Assembly (NCBI RefSeq): GCF_018977255.1
Contig: NW_024704743.1
Span: 77,006,001 to 77,070,000 of the forward strand
Direction of reading: 5' to 3'
Source of the DNA: Callorhinchus milii
Lineage: Eukaryota
DNA length: 64,000 bases
The notes under the pieces were generated by a model. That model did no database searches, was not told the origin of the DNA, and worked only from the letters and a program-made list of their open reading frames with translations. Of the stretch, positions 12,883-23,945 are shown piece by piece; the first letter of the stretch is position 1, and each line of letters begins with the position of its first letter. A program made the translations under genes and the position numbers.

Positions 12883-13189
12883 AGATGCTTTATCAAATGC
12901 AAGAATTAGAATATCAGTTTTCCTTATTCCTCTTCCTCGAATCACAGAATTATAGTTTAGGAGAAGAGTTTGAATCCATCAAAGTTAAGATATTCCTAGC
13001 TAATTCACCTGTGCTATCTGCTTTAATCCCAGTTTTGATTGAGATTGAGGTATGAGAAGTAAAAACTGTATTCCATGAAATCAGATATTTAGCAACCAGT
13101 AGGAAACAAAGATTTTCATCCCGTTCATCTGAGCTCTGTCAGATATAAAAGATCCTAAAAGATCTCTGTTTGCGGTACTTCTCTCCACG

Positions 13190-13494
13190 TAGAATCATAC
13201 AGTACAGAAGGAGGCCATTCAGCCCTTTGTGTCTGAGCCGGCTCTTTGAAAAAAGATATCCAAATCAATCCCACTCCCCCACGCTCTCCCCATAGCCCTG
13301 CAAACTTGTCCTCCTGAAATAATTACCTACTTCTCTCTTAAGAGTTGTTATCAAATCGGCTTCCACCACCCTTTTAGATAATGCATTCCAGATCTGAACA
13401 ATTCGCTGTGTGAAAAAAATTCTCCTCTCTTCTGTTTCTTTTAACAACTATTTTAAATCAGTGCCCTCGGGTTACCAACCCACCTGCCAGTGGT
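13190..13494 (-). mobile_element. CR1 LINE 3' end
   Basis: ORF 13265-13447 FFTQRIVQIWNALSKRVVEA is the CR1 ORF2 C-terminus; tail tagaatcatacag. Confidence 0.9.
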
Positions 13495-14594
13495 GTATAT
13501 TCCTCCTTTTTCCATTCAATATAATCTCCTCAGCGACAACTTAATTTTGATGAATGGAAGACCCTCATAAGATGATATCGTATCATCCCACTTCGTTTAG
13601 TTACATTACATCTCATATATTAATAGCTTCACAGTGCATTTCATATATTGGTTGAATTGAGACTTTCTGAAATATCATAGTTTCTAGAATGCACCACATT
13701 CTTAAGTCACCTTTGGGTCTTAAGTCACCTTTCACCCTGAAGTATGAGCCAGCCCCAAGTGCTAGAAACAATGACAATTAACAACAATTTGCATTTATGT
13801 AGTACCCTTCACACGGGGTGGCATTACGCAGCAATTAAGCACTTCTGCTCTGATCCACAGTCAGTCATATTTGTAAACATTGGGTACAGAAATACATTTC
13901 TTGCATTCTTTCCAACAGAAAGTTAACCACCACCCGTTGGCAAGTCAAAATCAAATCTAACCCTGAAAGGTTATACTTTTATTACAAGTCACCTACGAAA
14001 CATGCCGATAACAATTCTCCCAGATTATAATAAGCCATTTGCTCTACACTGTATAATATTCCTTCGGTGAATTCTAATTGTATTTTCTCATTACAGATTT
14101 CAAAAGTACAAATGGGTTAAATTGGAACAGAGGGTGGGTTCTACTTTTCACTTATGAGAACATTAGAGTAGGATGGATAGACCGTAATGTTATGTGAATT
14201 ACAGGCTTCAATAGACTCATCTGCCAGTGTCAATAATCACCCATCAGAAATCTGTCCACAGCTCTTTGCAGCTCTGTTATGTCTGCTCAACCGTCCTCTT
14301 CCTCTGCACTAACAAGCAACAGGACACCCAGAATAAACTGCATACAATACACTCCCAATATTTGAACTGCTCTTTCTGTATCCTCAGTGTTTTTCTTTCC
14401 TGATCTGAGGAAACATACACAAACACATACCCAGGCCCCGTTCCCATGGCCTGACAAATCTGCCCAAAATACCACCAGTAAAACAGCCTGGAATAGTGCT
14501 AATATAGCAATTCTACTTTAAGTGACAGAATATTAAATGCTATAGTTTCACACTTAAAAGTTCCTACTTTGTAATAACTTTATTTTTAAATTTT

Positions 14595-14925
14595 TCAGTG
14601 CTTTCTCAGTGCTGTGGGCTGGGAGGAAACTGGACTGGAGGGGCTTGAGTAGGGAGTGGAGGGAGAGGTGTGAGCGAAGCTGGTTGGCAACAATGTGTTA
14701 CAGGACTTGAGAAATGAAGGGTAAGTTTGAAATGGGCTGGTAGTTTACAAATTTAGCAGCATCAAGGATGTGTTTTTTTGAGGAGGTGAGTGATAACAGT
14801 GATTTTGAGGGGGAATGGGATGGAGCTTGAGGAAAGGGATTAAATGTCTGCCAACGGGATGCAGCGGAGGGGGATTTGGGTGACAAACAACTAGATGGGT
14901 GGGGGTGGGTCGAGACAGCAGGTAG
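14595..14925 (-). mobile_element. L2 ORF2 internal fragment
   Basis: KKHILDAAKFVNYQPISNLPFISQVL resembles the L2 motif KKP.LDP....NYRPISNLPFLSKVL. Confidence 0.8.
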
Positions 14926-15237
14926 TGAGCTTCACATAGATAAGTGGAGTGACTGTTGTTTTTTGTAGGCAAACACATCAGCCAATTTGCACACAGCAAT
15001 TTCCCACAAACGGACATAGAATGAATGACCAATTGATTGGTGGCCAAGAGAAGCTCCCTTCTATTTTTCAAATATATGAATTCCAAGTCTTGAAGTGAGG
15101 CTTGACTCCACAACCTTCTGACTCAAGAGATAAGAGTGCTAGAACTAAGTCAGGCAGAGAAATACCCCTTGTGGGTTCCTTGACACATGTTGGAAGGGAA
15201 GATTGGGCTTGGCTCTGATGTTCAATCTCGAATAGAC

Positions 15238-15333
15238 AAAAGGTCATCGACCTGAAACATTAACTCATTTTCCTCTCTCCATAGATGCTGTCTGACCTGT
15301 GGCATATTTCCAGCAACTTCTGTTTTTATTTTT
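15238..15333 (+). mobile_element. Truncated Penelope-associated element with hammerhead remnant
   Basis: aggtc-atc-gacct-gaaa-catt followed by ctccatagatgctgtctgacctg..ttctgttttt (cf. 52330-52420); flanked by aatagac at 15231 and 15334. Confidence 0.7.
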
Positions 15334-15404
15334 AATAGACTAGTGTTGCTCATAATCTAAGGTCAAGGGTAAATAGCTGCTTGGGTAAAGGTGTGCCCTG
15401 TTCG

Positions 15405-15740
15405 TATAATCATAAAATCTTACGGCACAGGAATAGGATATGCTGCCTATTGTGCCTGAGCTGGTTCTTTGAAAGAACATTACAACTAGGCCCACTTCCC
15501 TGCTCTTACCCCATAGCCCTGCATTTATTTCCTTTTCAAGTACCTATCCAATTCCCTTTTAAAAGCTACTATTGAATCTGTTTCCACCATCCTTTCAGGC
15601 AGTGCATTCTGGATCTCTACAACTCTCTGCATAAAAAAAAATTCTCCTCATCTCCCCTCTGGTTCTTTTTCCAATTATCTTAAATCTGTGTCCTCTGGCT
15701 ACCAACCCACTGCCAGAAGAAACAGTTTCTCCCCATTTTA
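15405..15740 (-). mobile_element. CR1 LINE 3' end
   Basis: Same family as 10328 and 13190 (ttccaccatcctttcaggcagtgcattc). Confidence 0.85.
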
Positions 15741-16409
15741 ATGTTTCATGAAATACAGACCCCAGCAGTTATTAACTCGGACAGAGAAGAAGAAAACATT
15801 TTGGGGAAAGCATAACATTTGTGGTATTCTCCTAAATACAACCCAGATGTTCTATTTTGGTTTAAATGTCAATGCACCATTTATTTCTATAGTCTTACCA
15901 ATGACAGGGCAGTGAACTTGCAATCATTTATGAACTCAACCTTGGCCCTTGCAGACAGAGGAGACCAGTAGCACTAGATGGATTGTAAGTGCCTTACTTT
16001 AATCATATTAAAATTTTAAAGAAAAACTTTTTTTAAAAAGGGCACTTAGAAGGAATGAGGAAAAATAATAATTAGATTTTTGAATACATTTAACTTAAAC
16101 ACTAGTATTATGACATGCTCTATGTTTAAATTGAAATCATGTTGCTTTACAACCTAGAGCCATTTCACTAGACTTTAGCCATATCGAGAAATGAAAAGAG
16201 ATGATTAAAATACAAATCAAAGAATTACCATCAGATGACTTGTATCTTAAAGTTGCAAGTCAGATCACGGCTGTGCACTCACTTACCCACTCTCTGTGGT
16301 TTTCCTATTTAAGGAGAGTGATATCTTGTTAAACTCACTTAAGGTATCTTCGAGTACCACAAATCAAAACTTCTATCATTTGACTTATCTTATTATATTA
16401 CCTGTCAAA

Positions 16410-16610
16410 GGGGAAAAATTCAACCTGGGTCCAGGTTTATTCTCTTTATGTAACATTTCAGAGCAGAATTTGGCAAATTGTTGAATTTAGTCTTTATCTT
16501 GAAGTAGTTTTTCTGTCTGTTCTTTTATGAACGACCGAGTTCAATAATTTGCCAAATTTGGCATGCTGCAAAATGCTACATAAATCTAGAGCCAGGTGGA
16601 ATTTTTCTCT
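16410..16610. mobile_element. Palindromic MITE-like element
   Basis: gggaaaaattcaacctgg / ccaggtggaatttttctc outer inverted repeat; aatttggcaaattgttgaa / ttcaataatttgccaaatt inner inverted repeat. Confidence 0.7.
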
Positions 16611-17799
16611 TATATTTCAATGTCATAGTAAATTAGTCTTGATTTCAAACTGTATTAAAAGTGTCCAAAAGGCACAATTTGGGGTTTATCGGGACTATCA
16701 TGAATTTACAACTCTCTGGCTTATCTTTATCGAACATACCCTCAATAATACTTTTCTTGGTTACTACAAATTTCTGCAGCACCTGCCTTCCCAAGCTAAT
16801 TCTGAGGCTTGTACTGATTACATTGACAGAAATGATCCATTCAGGATAACCAGAGCCAACAAGGGAAATTGCTCTCCACTCTCCACAAAATAAGGATGGT
16901 AATATATCAGCAATCACACCAGTTCTTTTTTCATTTAATTAATACGCTTTTAATTCCCAATGTCATATGAATCTTATAAATTTAGATACATACATATGTA
17001 CAGACAAACTTTAAAAATAGTAAGTAAAAGAATTAAACAAAACTAGAAAAATTGGAAGTTTTATTGACAATTGTGTTTTGCTTTGCAAAACAGCACTTTT
17101 TCTTTACAGATAGAAAACAATCAGATAGCCAATAAAACAGTAAGGCAGTTAGGCACATTATATAATTCCCTTCCCTCTTTCTCTCTTGAAGTTGTTATCC
17201 AGATCTATTCTGGTTTCCTCTCTAAATAAACAGTTTTGGCCATCTCCACATATTAGGCACAATTCTTTGATCTAACCGTGATTGGGGATGCTTTAAAGTG
17301 CTGATTGAATCCAAGATGTGAAAAAACTTGGCCAAAGTCTTTGGGACAATGACCATTGAACATCTTAAAGCTTTAGCAGATTTACAGCAGTGTGTAAGAG
17401 AACTGAAAAACAATGTTTTAATATGCAGTGATTTATTAATGGATTTCTTCCTTAAATTGTGTTAGAAATTGTCATACAATAGATCCCAGTATTTTACATT
17501 AGAATTATTTATGCTTTTGTGACATGTGGATTATTTTTTGTATCCCCTTCGCCTTCTGTGAAATATCTTCAAGTGATAGATGTTCTTCTGACGCACGTCT
17601 ACGAAGGCTGAAAATAAGATGAAAAGTTGGCCATAAAAAAACTGCTCCTGGTAATCCACTTCCAAAAATAATAAATATAAGACTACTTTGGCCACTCTCT
17701 TTATCCCTAAGATCCAAGCAAAAACTAGAAACTAAGCAATGTGCTAGGAGATATTTTACAAAGCTTTTCAAAACTACAACCATTAAATCACAAGAGAGG

Positions 17800-18195
17800 T
17801 TCAAAAGCCTCATCTCATTTGGCCCATCTGATCTCATCCTCCAGAACATCCACCCAATCAACATCCTATTACAGCAAGCTTTTTTTAAAAAAATGAGTCC
17901 AGCATCCTGGACTCATCACCCTTTCCGATAACCTTTACTACTTCTTAATTACCATCTGGATAAATAAGTATTTCCTGAGATTGTCCTTTGGAACTCTATC
18001 CCTGTGTCCTGTTGCCTGCAGTCTCGGTGCATCCAAAAGTTTTGTTCTGGGTCTCAATCCCATTTAAAATCTTGTGTCTCTATAAGGTCCCCTCTGATGC
18101 GTCACTTTTAAATACCATAGTGCCCCAGCTTGTCTAATTGTTGCTCATATCTCATTTTTCTAACACTTGGTTACTGTCGGGTCAGCTTCAACTTC
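17800..18195 (-). mobile_element. CR1 3' fragment (second subfamily, cf. 53830-54290 and 39455-40085)
   Basis: gagtccagcatcctgg..ttaattaccatctgg..ttcctg..ataaggtcccctctg. Confidence 0.65.
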
Positions 18196-19159
18196 ATTTA
18201 ATATTAAAAAAAACAGCCTGGTAGCATGGCTCCATAATGTATTGGCTAATAAGTCGCCCTATTTCCAAGTGAATTGTTTTCTTGATAAGAATCTCCAATA
18301 TTTCCCTTCTATTTTTGTAAGCTATTAGCAAAGCAAAGAGATGAGGTTGGCACGGGTGATTCTCTGATCTTAGTAAAGCCTTGCATGGGTAAGTGTTTCA
18401 ATTTCAAATGCTTCCATGGTCCTACCCACCCTACCTCCTACCATCCCAGCTGTTCCCTTTACTCAGCACACACTGAATTCATATTGGTAAAGAGGAAAAT
18501 GCCTTTCAGAGACTAGAGATACAAGGTAGAGGAAGCTGTACTTTCATCCAGACCATGCTGCACCTAACCTGGCAGTGTTTCATTCTGACCCTGTGTCATT
18601 TGATGAATGAAAAAAAGACTACTCTAGTCTAATCTTCTTCTGACTAAACGTTTGCTCTTCACTCAGGATATTTGTGTCTTTTATACAGCTGAAGTAGAGA
18701 TATTCTGAGCATACCAAATTGGTCTCATCACACTGCAGTGGAACTATTCTTTCTCCCAAGGACATTTGGAGAGCAATCCAACAGCAAGTGAGGTGGCTGC
18801 AGTGATTACAATTGACAACATCGCACAGCACTCACGCTTCACAAGAAAACTTTAATGGCATGAAGATAAAATCCCTTGTCATGGCTCAACACTGCTGCAA
18901 AGCACTTTTCACAACTACACACAGGAAAAAACAGTCCAATATTTCTTATCATTTGTTCCTACTTGAGTGGAATGAATAATTTCTATAGAACTGTGGAGGC
19001 AGAGTTAAAGATGTATATATGCACAATATATAATGTACATATATAATTTTGATTTCATCCAGACATAGTGAAATATATTAAGATTTTCTCCCCTGGCTCT
19101 GTATTTCTACATATACTGGTGAATACTAGCAGTGCTGTACAACATGCTTATCAATTGGA

Positions 19160-19330
19160 AACCTGAAATTCCACCTGAAAAAAATGTGTAATTCAGTCTC
19201 AATTTGGAAGTCAATTATTTTTGAGAACTGCAGAGAGCCAACTTCCAATTTAAGACTGAATTTTAGAATTTTCCACAAATCTGCCCCAATTTTAAATATC
19301 AAGACAAAGTGGTTTTATGTGGAATTTGAA
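19160..19330. mobile_element. Palindromic MITE-like element
   Basis: aattcagtctcaatttggaagt (19190-19211) and acttccaatttaagactgaatt (19241-19262) are 20/22 inverted; outer aaattccac / gtggaattt. Confidence 0.6.
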
Positions 19331-20656
19331 GCTTTGGATGCTTAATCTGGTGATCACCTAATCTGGTCCATATTTAACAACTGCAGAGCCAATTTAGTAC
19401 TCAGAAAGATTTAGAGACACTACTCATTCGTAAGACAATATCACAACTCCAGACAACAACTGGGGTTCCCTTCATTAACTCTACCTAACTGCCATTAGAT
19501 GGAACATCCAGTGTGGTGTAAAATTCTAACTTTAATACAAAATCCTTTTACAGTACTTTGGTAAATATTTTTCCTCTGAACATTGCCAAATTTCTTTCAC
19601 TTATGATTTAATAGTTGTTCATTCTCTTCCTTCAAACAAGTGTTGGTGGTGAACTGGTATTCTTCACTATCTTGTAGTCAAATTAAATATAATTTGAAGA
19701 GCTCAAAAGCACAGGCTCAGTGGGGATGCACAATAATTTAGTTTCATTGATATCTGCTAGTGTAAGCAGTGTGGTGGTGAAAGGGATTCTTTATGGAGCA
19801 CTATAATCCTTTCATCAGTGCAAACCTATAAATGGGTTTGAACACAATGGCTTTAGGATAGCACTGAGCCATAGTTAGGTTGTCACTGCTATTTTTATTT
19901 CATTGTGCGACCATGGCATGCATCAGCTGGGTGTCATTCTATCAATGAGCACCCAGTGCAGCAAACACTTCTCTCTCTCACACACAGTGATACAGTAGCC
20001 ATGAATTCCATTCTGCACTTAACTAAAGTGCCACTGAATTTGGCAACTGCATCCCAACTACCCTGCCTCTCCCCAGGGTATTAGGAAGAAGTTAAGAAAT
20101 TATAGATGCATTATTTAACAGAGTAAAGTTTTTGATTTTTTATGTATTAATCATGTCAGTTGACGCCAGTGAAAGTGACAGCAGTTGAAAGTGCACTGTT
20201 CTCAATAAATGGAATGTCCCTTCTTCACAGGAGCCATTTAAAAAAAATATTGGAACTTGTAGCCCTAGCTACAAACAGGATTCTAGCTCATTTTTTTGTG
20301 TATTTATCTATTTTTTAGGGTTGATCTGCCAGGGAGGCGTGAACACCATGCACCCCTGAACAAAAGTGTACTTTTCATAAAAACATCTGACATGATCTAA
20401 TACATTGGTGAAACTTTGGGCTGAATGGCCTCCTCCTGTTCCCGTGGGGTAATATATAGTGCATGGCTTAGTATGTTCCTTGAGTTAATTAGCACAAAAT
20501 GATACGTTCAGAATATTCGCAAATTTATTCCTTAATTAAATATTAACGTACACACTGACCTTATCAGTGATGTGTTCCAGACTGATACATGTCTGAAAAC
20601 CAATAGAAGCAAGAATCAGAGCTCACCTTATGGGGAAGCTACAGTTATTTCAAGAA

Positions 20657-21090
20657 TTTTTTTGGGGGGCAGCCAGGTGTCCAACACACGTGGAAACCCA
20701 CCACCATGCTTAAGAGTATAGAAACCAAACTGAAAGTTCTATGCACCTCACCTACACAGGGAAACTAATATTGGAATGTTATGCGCACTCTCTCCCTGAC
20801 CGTCCAGCACCTTGGGATGTCCTTCCGACGTGAAAGCCACTCTATAATGTATTTGTGTTGTTGTTGTTGGAGGGATGCATCCTGTTTACCTAATTCCGGA
20901 GACTATTAGGCACAGAATGACAAGGCTTGGGGATCCCAGAGTGTGCGTTGAGTCTAACCAGCTAAAACCACATAACTTGCCATTGAAACCACTGTCTGGC
21001 AAGCTTTCCCGTTGCTTGTCCACCTAGCTTTTGGGGTTTTGGCTTGCAGGGTTAACGGGAGCTGAGTGGGAAAAATCTCTGACCCTAGTT
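20657..21090 (-). mobile_element. Family X retroposon with nested L2 tail (+ strand, ~20799-20869), 13-bp TSD
   Basis: T-tract at 20657; gttatttcaagaa (20644-20656) / gatattccaagaa (21091-21103), 11/13 identical. Confidence 0.75.
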
Positions 21091-22699
21091 GATATTCCAA
21101 GAACAATGGGAAGATGAAGAATTAAAAATGCCCCGGTACTTGGCTCTGGGATGGATTCTGTTCCAGGCTTCAAATACAGTTGAAAGAGATTGATGAATGA
21201 TTTAAATATGTTTACGTTGCAATTCAGTGACAAAGAACTATCAATATTAAATGGAGCATCACAAAAAAACTGAGTGCAGAAGGTGCCAGTAAACATGATT
21301 TAAATGGAGTCTGAATGGTCTGTGGGTCCCACCTTGATGTAAAGACATGGATTTGTTCAGCAGACAAAATATGTGTAACATAAAAATCACTTTGTAATAT
21401 ATTTAAAGTTCTGTAGTAGTTTTCAAACCAGAAGATAAAGCCGACAGGAAACTAAAGTATGTTGAAGTGACATGTGAGGAAGACATTACCTTTTTAAGAA
21501 CTACCCCCACCCCTGACTAATTTCAGTAATGGAGCATTAATAGAGTAATGGGTTGGTAAAGCTGGGCTGGAAGAACTGTACAGCTCAGCACAAATTGAGC
21601 AAATAAACCATATATTAGATTTCCAAACAATACCTTTAGTCCAGTCTCTGGGGAAACAGATGCTCTGAGTTACTTAACTCCATCCAGAAAGATTTATGCA
21701 AAAAAGCATCCAACCCCACCCCCATTCAAATCATCTTAATGACCACACAGGGAACATATATCACAGGAAAATTCAGAACCCAAGTGTCTGTATGGTGTGA
21801 CTTTTGGAAGCCCTTTTTTCCCCATTCTGTCTTCTACCCTAAGTCAGAGTTGTGGGTATCTGCTATCTTGCAAATAGATGTCAAATTTGTACAAAAATCC
21901 TCACTCACATCTTCACCCTGGTAACAGAGCAATGCAGTCAACAGATCCATCATCCCTCCTTGATGTCTCAATCTGCAGTGTAAGTGGCCTGGTAAAACCC
22001 ACACTGGCATTCTGAAACTGTATTTTACTGCCACTGGGAACCAGATGTTGCAAACATCTTTTCTTTTACCATTTCTCGATGACAACAACAACTTACATTT
22101 ATATAGCACCCTTCACGCGGGGCAGCATCTCGAAGTGCTTGATTATTTCTTAATATATTTCTCAACATCAAATCAATGGAAAAAAAGACAGGGGGGGGGG
22201 GGGGGGGGAATCAATGCTCTCCTCACACACAAACTGTTCTTTTTGTGAATCCTGTTGCACACAGTGTCAATTAGTGTTTTGCACAAAATACAACTGATAC
22301 TGAGGAAACAATTTGTGTAAGGTAATATGTCCTTTTCATTTCTGATTGAGGGCTAGATACTCGGAAGAGATTCAAACTCATTTTGGAAGTGGTGACCTTC
22401 CCTTCCCCTCCCGCCCAACCTCAACACAATGGAAGCAACGTGGGAGAAATCCAGATTTTAAAATGCCACTTTTGAATTTAAAATTGCAAATTGCAGGAAT
22501 CTGATTATACAACGTTGGCTTTCTGCAGTTGTTTAACAGAGGGCAGCTGCTCTTTTTCTGGGGTGGGAGGTTGCTCAGAGGGAGGTTTGGGCTAATTGTG
22601 AGTGGAGACTTCGGAAACTGCACAAATTGAGTAAATTAATATGTAAAGTGATAACTAAAATTTCAAACCATTTCGTACTTTATGCCATCCCTAATTAAC

Positions 22700-23180
22700 T
22701 CAAGCTTCGAGTTGAGGATTGCAAATTTTACCTCAAGGTTTTTGCTGTTTGAGTACTTATTCAATTCCCGTTTGATTGTTTCTATTAATTCAACCTTGAA
22801 CATCACCTGTGATGATGAATTCCACACTCTAGGAATCCTCTGAGTGAAGACATTCCTTCTAAACTTTTCCCTGATTCTTCTGCTAACCATGCCCCTTGCC
22901 ACAGAGTCCTCAACTAATTTCAATATTTTCCCCCTTTTATCTTGTTATTCCCTTTCAGAATCTTAAATGCCTCTATCATATTCCCTCTCACTTTTCTCTG
23001 ATCTAGAGGAAACAGTCCCAATTTAACCAGCCACTCTCCATACATCAATTGTCTCACATCTAATATCATCCTAATGGATGTGATTCTTTCACTGCATCTC
23101 TATGACATTGTCCCTGTAATGGGGAGTCTGGAACTGAACGCAATCCTCCAACTGCAGCCTAAGAATGTCATATATAATTC
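22700..23180 (-). mobile_element. CR1 ORF2 3' fragment
   Basis: ORF 22663-22923 RRNVFTQRIPRVWNSSSQ. Confidence 0.8.
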
Positions 23181-23599
23181 TTCCCTCCCTGTGAAACAAT
23201 AGATTGCCTTAAGAAGGTATATTTTTAAGAGATGGACTGCCTTTCAAAAAGGTCAGGCTGGAAGCACAATGGACTCAACCACTCATCTCAAGCATTTATT
23301 GCCTAGCCAACTTCAGACAGACAGGATATGATTGTGCAAGGTGCAGTTTCAGCACTTGTAGTGTTAACTTTCCAAATAATGCATTTCTTTCTAATCTGGA
23401 CTATTAATAGTGCTGGCACCATGTGTGACATAACAAGTCTTCTGGTGTGGCAGCATAGTTTAATTATCCTGTGAGCCACCAAACACTCTCAACACTTCAA
23501 CACTTACACACATAAGACCATGCATTTTTTCATTAAAGGTGGTGGTCAGACTGCAGCTGATCCAAAATAGTGATTTGCTTGTATCCCACTCCTCTGCCC

Positions 23600-23945
23600 A
23601 GTCACTTTGCTCAGCTAACAGACCTGTTGTTTGTCCTCCGACCCCTCCTCGCCAGCATCACTGACTGTGCCTTGAACCACTACACCCCTAACCTCTGGAA
23701 CACCTTACCTCAATCCCTCTGTCTCACCCTCTCTGTATCTATTTATAAATCCCGCTTTGCCTTTGTTTACCCAGCAGTAAGTAAGGAATCAACGACTGTT
23801 TGTGGGACACTGCTGTGCGCAATTGACTGCCGTGTTTCTCCGACAAAATAGTCAATTCACTTTACAGTATATTCTGTGAAGCGCTTTGAGATGTCTCGAA
23901 GATGTGATAAGGTGCTATATCAGATGCCAGGACTATATATTAGTA
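23600..23945 (+). mobile_element. L2 3' fragment followed by partial young SINE
   Basis: PNLWNTLPQSL motif, then tgtttacccagcagtaagtaagg..acgactgtttgtgggacac..tail. Confidence 0.7.

Larger units (their letters stand above)
12003..12908 (+). mobile_element. Old Deu-domain SINE split by two nested insertions
   Basis: Host pieces 12003-12132, 12443-12569 and 12883-12908 join into the family consensus once the inserts are removed. Confidence 0.75.

Noticed and set aside
17505..17864. 119-aa ORF with a hydrophobic GPCR-like stretch
   Set aside because: N-terminus overlaps a CR1 remnant; the hydrophobic part is T-rich intron-like sequence with no receptor motifs
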